A stretch of DNA of 64,000 nucleotides from Trichoplax adhaerens. Lineage: Eukaryota; Animalia; Placozoa. The translations under genes were made by a program, and so were the position numbers. Positions within the stretch are counted from its first letter, which is position 1; each line of letters opens with the position of its first letter. The notes beneath the pieces were generated by a model. It worked only from the letters and a program-made list of their open reading frames with translations, did not search any database and was not told the DNA's origin. Below, one piece after another: positions 51,840-64,000 of the stretch. Where the stretch lies: the NCBI RefSeq assembly GCF_000150275.1, contig NW_002060946.1, positions 282,678 to 346,677 of the forward strand. Reading direction: 5' to 3'.

Positions 51840-54800
51840 TTATCTATTCTTGGCATTATCTTTAGGAATATCTACCTGTAATAACAAAATTAGTAAAATA
51901 CATTTCGTTACATAGGCTGCGTTATATCCCATTCAATTCGAACACATTGGACACTTGGCAATGCTTGTTATCGTTCGTTATCGTCTTTTAAGAATAAGTA
52001 TAAAAGTCTACCACTCATGACTCAAGCAATCAGCATACAGTATATTCATATGAACTGCTTATTATTGCAATTTACTCGCAACGCGATGTACAAACCTTTA
52101 CATCATCGGCTCCTACCAATTTATGGGTTGTATCAGTCGGGACTGCTCTATTTACATAACCACCTTTCGATTTCATTTGACTTTTAATACTATCGAACTG
52201 TAATAATGAAAAAAAGAAATTATTACTTTAACCACTTCGCTAAGGCTCATAGTAGAAAACTGCGATACTACGACATTGTGGAGAATTTATCCATGTATGG
52301 AGTACGTATATGATATCATTAATATCAAATATGAAAATGATGATCTAGCGTAATTCGATGGTACATTATTTACGATTTATCTATTATAATTAATTCATGG
52401 TGCTCGTCTTGAAAACTTATGTTATAATCGTGGATTAGAATGCAATACTAAAAATGAAAACGAGCTGAAAGCAAGTCAGATGTTGGAAAGATAAAGTTTT
52501 CACAATTTTTGCACAAAGTAATACAGCAGTAAAGCAAAGATGTTGAATAATTATGACTGAACGAAGCTTCATAAAATTGTGGTATCTTATAGTAAATCAC
52601 GAAGCGTATTCACTACTATAGATCGATTACGTCATATCAATTACAGTCAAGTCGTGAAATATCGCCTAAGAACGTTTAGTGTTAACAAATCGTGAAAATA
52701 TTAAATAAATAATCAATGGCTATGAGCAACATTACGTCAAAAATTGGATAGAGGGTTAAAAACGGCTGTCTTGAAGTTAATAATGACAGAAGATTTTTAG
52801 TTCGATTCTAGTGTATTGCACACTGATTAACAAATATCCCTCCACCAAAATGTATTAAATAGTGACATTTTATTTTGCTAGTTTGTTGGATTGGAGGTGA
52901 GAGCAACAGAGGTGAATATAAATAATATATACAGTAGGACACAGGAGGGAAGCATTACTTCTTATCTTTGCTAAACTATAACAAGATACTTTAATTCATT
53001 CAACCAGTCTAATCGAATATACACATGTTATGAACGATTGATAATAATAATATACGAATCTCTAGAAATATCTTAAACACCGTTTATGCATTAAACTGGT
53101 CAATAAAATTGATCATTTCAATATCGCTTTAACGTCTAATTCTCTATTATCATTTACAATTTATTCAATCCATAACTGTGCGTATCAGCGAGTTCCATTC
53201 TCATAGGGTACAGTATCAATTTTCTAAACTGAAATGCTTTCGCAACGATGTTATAAGAAATGGATTGATTTGAATGAAACTGAGGCAAAATGTCAACGAA
53301 ACAAAAAATTACAATATGCAAAGAAGAATTTATTTATAAAATTGGCCAAACAATAAACTGTAAGCGCAATTGCAAGATGTGCTCCTTGGACGAATATCAT
53401 TCATACCTCATTATCTACTCCTGAATGGCTATCGCTGGCCCCCAAATGTCCGGTATGCTGTTGGCGTTTAATAAAAAAAGAAAAGACATCATTAGATCGC
53501 TAATGTAGTAGATAATACAATACAGAAGCCAAAAGAGGATACGTAATATTTCGGTCAAAGACCTACAATGACTAGGAGCTTCATTCTCTTACTGTACAGT
53601 AATGATATTTCAAGGTAGTTTTAATCTACTTGGGAAAAACATTGGGATATGATTGGAATATAGTAATAACAGTGATACTATGTTTATTTGAGGGTGTGTG
53701 AAATCATCACAATACTTGATATGCTAGGCATAAAAGTTGCTTAATTGGTTGCGGCTTCAATTTTTTTCTCTTGCTAATTACATTAATTCCATTAGCATAG
53801 TGCAATTACATCATCACTACATCACTGTTTGCGCTTTTTTTTGGACATGCAAGTAGCTTTCTACTTTGCCATTCCAACTATAGCACAAGACAATAAAAGA
53901 TGGGGCAAATGACTTGTTGACTTTAGACTAGAAATAGGCGTAGTGTACGTATAGAACTTGTACAGTAGAAGTATGATACGGATGAATTAACAAATGTTGC
54001 AGCCATTTTCAACTAATAAGTTGACAAACAAGACAGATTATGCATTAGGTCATCAATTCTAATCCGTAATGTAGGCACTAGCACCGATGTGTACATTGAT
54101 AATTACTCTTGTAACTTAATAATATTGGTGCAAAAAGTAGCTGATCTTTCTTTCGTTGAGAACATTTATATCATTCATGGACAAAAATAAGAAATGAAAA
54201 TATCAAAAACTTCCAACCTGAAAACTAGTAGGAGCTCCAATCGCCGAGCGATCAATCCTTCTCGGTGGCTAATAAGAAAAAGCACAAGAGCAATATACAT
54301 GATAGCATTAGTTTCTAACTCAATACAATATACGCTCGATGTCGTTAAAGTTAGAATATTTGCAAGGGTAGTATTTTTTTTTTAATGTATCTACCATGGC
54401 TAATAACTCTCCTATTGGTCAGGAATATACATGATAGTATTCGTTTCGAACTCAATGCAATATACGCTCGATGTCGTTGAAGTCAGAATATTTACAAGGG
54501 TATCTTTTTTTTTTTAATGTATCTATCATGGTTAATAACTCTCCTATTGGTCAGGAATGGATAGAATTGGACATCCAAGTCTAATTGATTCTACAGTATT
54601 GTAGTGTATTGGCGTAGTCAAGCGTAAAATTTGTAATTGACGAGAAAACAATTACCATCCTATCCGTAGTCGTACGCAGGCGGATATCTTGTTGTGAAAG
54701 CGGCGATGTCAATTTTGCCCTAACTGTATCATCATGAGTACTATCATAACATAGAGCGAATTATTCATCGATTGACTTTATCCGATCAATATGTCTAGAA

Positions 54801-55527
54801 TGATGAGTTTATCGGCGACATACGCGTTTTCATTTTTACAAAATTGATTGATACTTGAAAAGTACAAGATCCGCTAGGCACATGGTAGACACTAGACCCG
54901 TTCTCTATCATCTCCTATACCGTAGTCGTATGGCTGGATTGGCAATAAGTTCCATAGTGCCATTCCTTTTAGCACCGGTAATAACTCGTTGCAGCGAGCG
55001 ATGAATAAGATGAAAAGTGGAGCACAATGTGTTGTTTAAAAGTATCCAATCTACATGCATCTAGTACAGTACAGAACAAGACTGACAACTCGCATGTCCA
55101 AGTTGTATCATTTGTTAATGGGATTTCACTTAGTGCTGTACTAAATTAGTTCTCAACATCCATGAAAAGATTTCAATAGACAGAAAATGTTGTCTTCAGT
55201 CCTGTCAAGACATCAGCGATTCAATCACCCCAAAGATATTCAATTTGCTACAAAAAACCAATTTGATGAAGCGTAGGCGATTTCAACGCTACGCCATGAT
55301 GATCCATTTTGAATGCTGGTTTTTTTAGATGGTTTCTATTTGTTGGTGGGCCTATCGTTAGCCTATCAATCTTTGTTGATCATGTCTTTTGGATACTAGC
55401 TCTATCATGGTATTCCATGCTAAACTCTCATCCTACACATGGTGTCCATAATCTTGCATCAAAAATAGCTCTAAAATACCTGATTTGTTTCAACGTTGCA
55501 GCAAGGAAAGCACACCATATACGACAT
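51840..55527 (-). CDS. CDC42SE: CDC42 small effector protein (SPEC family, CRIB domain), 95 aa in five short phase-0 exons (absent from ORF track)
   Basis: Exons 55480-55527, 54218-54268, 53407-53457, 52096-52197 and 51840-51875 give MSYMVCFPCCNVETNQPPRRIDRSAIGAPTSFQHTGHLG...FDSIKSQMKSKGGY... The N-terminal CC, the CRIB motif and QM.SKGGY are family hallmarks. Confidence 0.94.
54292..54557. repeat. ~132-bp tandem duplication in a CDC42SE intron
   Basis: AATATACATGATAG...AATATACGCTCGATGTCGTT.AAGT.AGAATATTT...TAATAACTCTCCTATTGGTCAGG occurs twice. Confidence 0.92.
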
Positions 55528-58025
55528 ATCGACCGGCCCACACACCGACGCTAAATCAACCTATCAGATGGGGTAAGTACTACACTTGACCTCGTTGACT
55601 GTCACTTCAACTAATCTAATCTATCTAGTATCAACACAAAAGCCAACTGATTATCCCACAAGTGCAATTTTCAACGTTCAAATCGATACCATCCACCCAA
55701 AAATGGCAATCTTCTTACTTAAACAATTCTTTACTACTGTAATCCAAGTCGATAATCACGACTGCCGCTGCTGCATTCGATGTTGATCAAAGTAATCCAC
55801 TAGCCAAGTGAGTTTAAGTGACGAAAAAGGCCGCAATTTCTCCTAGCCCCTGTAGAAAAACAATCTTGTCAAAACATCCAGTAGTGCAACTTCTTTTGTT
55901 TGGACTGTACACTTCGCACTGTATCGCATGGCCAGCGTGGATAGTACTGTATAAAGTACTGTACACCAGGGACTTGCTACTGAAGACCTACAGTACTGTA
56001 CTGTAGTATGTTGTCAGACGATCTTCTCCTAGTTACCACCAGTGACTAGTATCATGCACAATGCACGGACGATGGCACATGTTACAGTATGGTAGTACCG
56101 GTGCCGTTGTCGGCGGTATGCTTACCATCAGTACAGTTATTACTCGTTACTAGTGTAAAGTGAGTGGAAAGCGGAATCAAAATTGCCAATTTTGCAAGGC
56201 ATACCGTAGTGTGACATGTACTCTAGAGACCCTCTATACACTACATCCGCCATATCGATTGATGTATATTTCGTTCAAAAATAGCCAAGAAAAAGGATTT
56301 GATGTCCGCTAATTTCTACGCCGAAAAATGGCGGATATACAGTACTCTACTCTACAGTCTACAGTATAGGACAGATTGCTAATCTGCCATTCTATTTGTA
56401 AAATAGATGTCATGAGTTACGCATCAATTGAAACTAGAATCGAACGATGAGATAGGTCTCTCTACGACATCCATTTTACACATTGTACAGTACAATGGTG
56501 ACATCATACAGTATTTTTATTCTTTACTATGACTGCCCATGCCAATAGGCCATGACTCATGCAATCATGCCGTCGGACAAGTACAGTCAATCATGACTTG
56601 ATAATGCTCCACAAAACAATAGTTTCAATCACGACAGTGACGTATATGGATTACGTACAAATAGGTATAATAATCATCATAAGAACAATATCTACTGTAT
56701 CTATTCTGGAGTACAAAAATCGAGTGAACAGTAACGCAGTTGGCCATCTAAATATATCCATAAATAAATAAAATGATGTAGCGCTTACTAAACTACAAGA
56801 AATACAGACAGTACATGGAAACTGATTTATTCATGCGTCGACGCGCGTATATTGGTAGCAGAATCGTAAATGGACATTGTCACTGATTAAGCGATTGGTC
56901 TGTAGTCGCCAAAAGAGGTTTAGCTATCACTGTAACTGGTACACAGGATGGATGGTAATAGGTTACATAACATGAATGTGATCCTCAATGACAAAATTCA
57001 CTACCTATCAAACGAAATGAAAGATAGAAATAAACGGAATCGATGCATTACTCGATACCACTGGATAATGCAGACTGAATTGAGTATCAGGATACTTAGA
57101 CGAGAATACAAGTGGACAATTTTGCCCTTGTCAGTGGTATTATTATCTACTGTACTGTACTGTACTATACAGTATGTGTATGTCAATATCTGAACTGTAT
57201 TGATGATATTCGCCATCGTAAACTATAAACAGTAGACTAAAAATAGTATTATAATTAGCTACTGGTACGATTCTCCGGCCTGTCAGCGGTGGAGTAACAA
57301 TTTTAACAACCAGTAAAAATCATATCTACTCTTTTTTAACCAAGTTACAGAATTCAGTATCATAAATTAATTGTGCTAACAGGAAGTAAACATAAAAATC
57401 ACCATTTTATTTCCTAGCACATTACGCTTCAGTGCTATAATGCCACAGTAAAGAAGGACACGTATAAAACTGTACGCGATATTAGGTTATATCGAAACAA
57501 CGACAATGCATACAAATTTCACACGAGCTTCTCGGAGTCTTAATTTTAATAATCACATAGACTATAGACTGATTTACTCTCCAGTACGATACAAAAATGA
57601 TAGCAAGACTAATATAACAGAGTACTAATCTTAGATTGAACGATCTTAAAATTTATGCTGCCAAGAAAAAATTCAATCTATTCGATATGTTTGTTTTCCG
57701 ATCATTATTCAATGGCTCGTAATTTTAAAAATGCAAACAACTTGTTTATATATAAATTTATATAGTCATAATAATTCCAGAAATTTGCAAGGGGCTAATA
57801 CAGCATATCAGTCTTTATACTATAACTTTAAAAACAATCATTTTACATTGTCTTAGATATTATTTGAATTTGTCATGTTTTACAAAATAACGTTATCAGT
57901 AAAGTCGTCATTAGCAATTGGCAACGACACGCATAACAAAGATTAAAATAGTTACTATTTTATAGTTGTCAGATACAGAAAGACTTATATCTGATTAGTA
58001 TAATCTGTGTCTAAAATTGCATATT

Positions 58026-61000
58026 CTACACCATCGAGGACAATACTCCGGGTTCACGGTCGTTGTTACTGTCTACATCCCGTTCCATTTCATCCTGTTC
58101 TGCATCATCTTGTTCACTATCTTCAATACTAGCTGACCTAACACGATTCTAGAAGGCAATGCGACGAATAGAAATGTAGAACTTTATCAATATCATTGAC
58201 AGTAGTAACTACCATGACATATCATGCCAGTGAATGCGCGTGTCAATGATATCGTACCTCGAATTTCCCTTTCCACATCTGCTTTAATTCTGAACGTCGC
58301 CAAGCTGCAATAGAAGTGGGAATTAAAGTTAATGGAACGATGTACAATAATGCTGGTTGACCTCGGCCTGAAAGGATAAGCCCAACGAATGTAGCTATCA
58401 AGCCTATCACATATCCTACATTCGTAGATGAAATAAAGAAATGGGCCATTATATAGTGCTTGTTAACGTATGAATATCCTTTATTATTAATTAAATAAAA
58501 TCGATGTATATAATTAATCAATAGCCACATTACCAATTAATGATACTAGGAAGTACACTTTAATAGAATCATACGGCTTCTGGACATCAAAACGATGGCA
58601 AAATGCGATAAACATTCCTGCAATTGATATTTACGTGTTATAATGCTGAATACCACAATAATTATATTCTACTGGCACAACAACACATATAGAAATACAA
58701 ACCTGGGACAAGAATATCACCAAAGCCAAGAAGAGAATACATAGGATCGAAACACGTGTCAATATAGGCACTATGATAGAATCTCGGTACTTTTATCAGT
58801 AATGGTAGCTAAATAATAGTAAAAATTTGTGCAACAATAAGCTAATCAAAAGGACTGTATACTTTCGCTGAACACGGTCAAAAATGTTTAACAAGCTGCC
58901 AGACAACTAACCTCTTCTCTTACAGTGCTTGTTGTCCAATTGCGGGCTTGGCTGCTTGTTCTGCCTCCACCAACAGCCACCTGAACCATAATACTTTCCC
59001 CGTTCTTAATAGAGAAATGATTATTATTATTACTATTATTATTAATCCAGAAATCATCTCGGCTATTAGAACGCACTTTACTTTCGTAAGAACAAGCATC
59101 TTATTATGTTACCTTTGTAATTAGAGGCGTGATAAATACAAAGAAGATATCATACAAGAACAGGAGAGTTAACAAAAACGTGCAGAACTGAAAGAAAATT
59201 ACATAACATCATTGCATCAGTAAAATATAGTATGACCGCTTAAGCTACCTTATAAATTCTTACTACTCACTTTCAAATTAGGTAAAGCATAGTATTTCAA
59301 AATAACGATACAAAATGCGCAACTAAGCAGATCTTGAATAACCCAGCTATATCTACAATCCAATTTAATTTAATTCCATAATTATTAATATATGTGCAGG
59401 TAGAACTTCATTACATACAGTACAAGTGACATTTTATGCCAGTATTACATTTGATGGCGTTCGATAAGCCAGAAAATAACCAATGAAATAGATAAACCTA
59501 GTAATACGATCTCTTTCATGGATAAGATATAAGGTTTTTGCATCAAATATGGTATCTTAATGGGCGGTAACCTGATTAGGAACAAATTACAAATTAATTT
59601 CACATGGAAGTCTGAAAACTGTGTTTTCATACATAAAACTATTGCTAATGTCTTTCATGGCTTACCTCGTATCTCCAAAATGAACATATGACAAGAATGG
59701 ATGAAATAAGTCGTAACATCCGTAAACGCAAAAGCCGCAATATATGACAATAATGAACCAAACTTGGAGGATATAATTTTTTATCAAATTAGTGTTATTA
59801 TAAATTCAAGCGATAAAACAATTCTATCATGGTAAAAGAAATGTAAAAGCCCTCATTACAGTAATAAATTTACTCTCGCTTACCAAAATAATTGTAGAAG
59901 AAATAAAGTAGCAGAAGGGTGGAGCAAAGTGCAATCAGGATGATCACAACAAAGATCAAAGTCATTTTTGATATTTGTTCTTTAATATTTTCTCGTGCAT
60001 CTCTGCTACTATTTCGATCAAGTAATTCATCACCATCTTTATGAGAGCATTTATATGATTTTGAAAGGCAACATTGAATACATGGGATCCTATTATGCAA
60101 AACGATATCCATTAACTTCTATCAAAGTAAATTGAATAAATAGGAGTACCATAGCTTGAAATTTCTCAATTAATCAGTTACCCGTGCCATCTCCGTTCCC
60201 ATGGGACAGAGAGTAAACTACCAATTGTTATACAAAAAACCGCGATGAAGAATATAAGTAGGAAATTAGCATCAGCAGTTGGAATTATTGGCGAATAAAA
60301 TTTCACACGGATGTCACTTTTCATGGACTAAAGACAGAACATGAGGATATGGAAATTAATAATAACAAAGATAGGCAAATTGCACTCCATCAACTCCACT
60401 TTGTTAATTGTATCTACACTCCTAAGCTACTGTAAATAGAGAGCATATAGCACATCAATAGCTAAATTAATAAGATTTTGTTATACTTTTAAAATGGTTA
60501 ATATTACAATATCTGTATAATAAAAGCAACTCAGGTACAACTCATTATACCTGAAGCGATTTTCCAGCTGCTGCTGAAATAGCTAAAATCATGATCGTCA
60601 TGTTATCTTTCTTGGTTATGTTTGGACACGGATTTGCCTACAACAGTAAACAATTACTTTTAGTGACTGCACGGTGCACACACAGTGCGCACGTCGCTAT
60701 AGATATCATAGTAATACTCCTCGAGATTTTACGGAAAGACATTTACAAAAATGTACAATTTCAAAACAGGAGCTGTACTAAGTAGCAACTACAACATTAA
60801 ATGTAAGGTTTAAATACGCTACCGTATTAAGAGAGATTAAGAAGATAATAAATACTGTAACACTGAAATAACTTATCAAACTTGACATTATTAGATAATA
60901 TCACGTAGAAAGTCTACGAAAATCAGCTTATCTCTGCTGTTCGGAAAGCAATTTAAACATACCAAATACTGGTAACTAGCCAGTATAACGCCTTCAGCAT

Positions 61001-63364
61001 GCATCGAATTCATGTTAGTGATGATATCGACGCAAGAGCAATTCGCTTTGTCGAAAGAAATCAACGCTACTTTGCCCTTTAGTAAATTGGTTTCGCTATC
61101 ATCGTATAAACACCCAAAATGACTCTTTTTACCAATGCCAACTAAGGAATGGAACGTCTATAAGAGGAAATATTAATTCATAGTCAATCATTTTTTTAAT
61201 TCAATTGAGCTTTAGCACATGCTCCCACTAGGGCCATAATTTTCTATTATTTTTGCTTCAACAATACGTTTCCAACAGGTAAAGCTAATGCTACATACCA
61301 TGGATTACTAAATTACAGTATCCAACAAATGCACCACCATCCACTGCAATGATAAATTTACACTGACTAGCACGTAGCAGTAGGTACATTATATATATTT
61401 ATAAACTGAGAAGTTAGGGTTAAAATTTATACAAGTAGAAAGTGTGCTCGTATCCATGGCCCGGAATAATATCTGTAGACACGACTAACATTATTGATCA
61501 AAGACACTAATTTAATTACCGCATTCTGGGAAGATTTAGGAAGTGACACGTAAGGCGAGCTATACATTTATAAACTGAGAAGTTAGGTTTAAAATTTATA
61601 CAAGTAGAAAGTGCGCTCGAATCAGTGGCCTATAATATTATCTGTAGACGCGACTAACATTATTGATCAAAGACACTGATTTAATTACCGCATTCTGGGA
61701 AGATTTAGGAAGTGACATGTAAGGCGAATTATACATTTGTAAACTGAAAAGTTAGGTTTAAAATTTATAGAAGTAGAAAATGTGCTTGTATCAGTGGCCC
61801 AGAATAATATCAGTAAACACGGCTAACATTATTGATCAAAGACACTGATAGAATTACCGCATTCTGGGAAGATTTGGGAAGTGACATGTAACGCGAATTA
61901 TACAAGACACAGATGTCGGCCGTATGAGATGATGATATTGCTCGCATAACACCAGTATGGCCATAAGTTACCTAAAATATGAATAACGAAAATTAATAGA
62001 TCAGTTATGATTGAGAATAAAGACGAGTTTATTATATAAGACAATATACTATATTAGGTTTGCGGCCGTAGTATTGCAAGCATTATAATTACATACTGTA
62101 CTAGTAAGATTTTATCATACTTGTACAAGAGTTGAGAGTCTTATTATATATACCTTATGTTCATGAAAATTATTTTCATACAGTGCGTCTACACAGTAGT
62201 GGACGAGTAGAAAGCACATCTAACATCGCTAGCTAAGAGCGTAGAGCTAATATATTGTCGATTAGGTGAACCCTTAAGTTTGATTGCAACTTCGAATCAC
62301 TTCTATACGAGTATCATTCTATAGTACATCATTGTTGATAATTGACATAGCCAGTGATTACTATTCAAGTGTATATGACATATACAGGCAGGTAGCACTA
62401 AAAGCTACCAACCCACATTGTTCTCACAGTCATACTCGCAGTTTGAGTCAAGTCGCTACATTGTATCCCTGAAGATCTTGATCATTTACAATAATTCATG
62501 TATGCAAATTACGGTATTACTACTATTTATTGCATTTGAATGAAAAAGATAGCTCATGTATGTATACACTGACAGTAGTACAATAGCTTATAACAGCAAC
62601 TATTTTGTAAAATTGATGAATTTTGGAAAGAATACAACAACTATGATTGACTACTGCTTCCACTTTTAATGCATCATTCTTTACTAGAAAGTTGGAATCA
62701 AGTCCATATTACTACCTTGCCATTCTCAATTTTATCTACACAGTAGTGAATGTACAACAAGATCAGACACGATAAGAACAAATCGGTTGCGTTCATTCAT
62801 CTTCTATATTGATTAGCATGACGGCCAATATATGTAGCCATCGGTAGATTATAAGTATTTTTAAGTTCAAACGACTTGATTTTATGCCGTTGTTGGTTCT
62901 ACTGAAGTAGCGAATTCTGTTGTGGAGACGTCTGTGGACTGTCTCGAGTTGCAATTGTATTCTTTGCATTGTTTACGATCTACTCGTCAATAGAATTAGC
63001 ATTGCTAATCATCATCGTAATCTTTCCTTCCAATTTTTTTTATGCTACCGTATAAAAATTGAATGCGACAATGATACCCTACAAATTAGCCATTGATTAT
63101 CATTCGATACAGGAGTGGAATTGCTTGTGAAAGTGTATCAAAAAGAATCGCAATAACGTTGTTGCTAGAAACTTGCAAAATTTTTTACACTTTGTATCCA
63201 GAAGTTGATACTGGTGTGGCGGAAGTACAGGACTGCATAGTCAACATAGTCAACACGACGTCGGCTTTCGTACGGGTACAGTAATCACTACCAAATCGAC
63301 CTACCTTGAACGATAAACACGTAACAACCAACAAAAACAGCATAGATGATTTATCGAGCGCCAT
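58026..63364 (-). CDS. SPPL2: Signal peptide peptidase-like 2 (GxGD intramembrane aspartyl protease, peptidase A22B)
   Basis: Signal-peptide exon 63305-63364 (MALDKSSMLFLLVVTCLSFK), a lumenal PA-like region, catalytic LFLYDIFFVFITP and LLGFGDILVPG, GQPALLYIVP, and an acidic tail; TAG at 58026-58028. Confidence 0.94.
61392..61903. repeat. 169-bp tandem triplication containing the 3' end and splice donor of SPPL2 exon 2
   Basis: AATTACCGCATTCTGGGAAGATTT.GGAAGTGACA recurs with minus-strand GT donors at 61518-61519, 61687-61688 and 61856-61857. Confidence 0.95.
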
Positions 63365-63529
63365 TGCAATGTAGTCTCGTATATACTATATTGCATCACT
63401 GTAAGCCCACTTTGATCGTTAAAATAAGGTAGGCGGCCAAAGAATAACTTCAATCCGGCAAGACAACGGACTATAGCTTCTCTTCTTGCTCTTGGGGTTC
63501 TCGATTTGGTCAAGTTTACTGTGACTGTT

Positions 63530-63830
63530 TACAGTACTGACGCTCTTTTTGTTCCTATACTGTACACTGTACACTGTACAGTACTGTCATCCAAAATGTC
63601 TCCAGTCGCAGGATGGTGCTGAGATGCGAGTCCCTGATACACAGTTTGACACTGACTTTTCCTACAGTACCGTCTCATCATGATACTGTAAGGCTTTTTG
63701 CTTATGGCCTAATACAGACTACTATAGTACTGTACAGTGTACAGTACTGTATAGTAAATCTAGATTTGGTGTACTGTACAGTACTGTAGACACTTCATTA
63801 GTGTACAGTACTGTACTGTATGCCTGATAT
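63530..63830. promoter_or_regulatory. Dense TACAGTA/TACTGTA motif cluster upstream of SPPL2 (similar clusters at other gene 5' ends)
   Basis: Interleaved TACTGTAC/GTACAGTA words, e.g. TACTGTACACTGTACACTGTACAGTACTGT and GTACTGTACAGTACTGTA. Confidence 0.5.
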
Positions 63831-64000
63831 CGCAATACAGAGATTTTTTATAATGTACAGTCTACAGTTGCTCAATTAACCTCATTTTAATCAATTAAAT
63901 TAGAAAGCCAAATTATTCAGCTTTATATTCGTATCATTTTTTTACATTTTGATTCACTCTCGTGATTTTGGGCCACCTTAAAGTACTCTAATTCGAACTG

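Overview
AT-rich, gene-dense, intron-rich animal nuclear DNA. Compact genes and short GT-AG introns suggest an early-branching metazoan such as a placozoan (Trichoplax-like); this is inference. Twelve protein-coding genes can be read: MNS1(+), NAXE(-), myosin V(+), STPG2(-), an intronless bacterial-type thioredoxin-coupled arsenate reductase arsC(+), KTI12(+), PRPF3(-), a two-thioredoxin-domain ER membrane protein(+), dUTPase(-), LSM7(+), a CDC42 small effector missed by the ORF track(-) and SPPL2(-). Eight of the genes form four head-to-head pairs. The main result is the ArsC, a likely horizontal acquisition with the complete Cys/Cys/Cys + Arg + Asp catalytic set, embedded among genes of an ancient animal linkage group. 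Also notable: a U12-type AT-AC intron in KTI12, RFX X-boxes in front of both ciliary genes, a PRPF3 apparently lacking its PWI domain, a tandem MITE-like element, tandem duplications that copy splice sites, and recurring promoter palindromes. Exon structures were assembled by eye; no searches were run.
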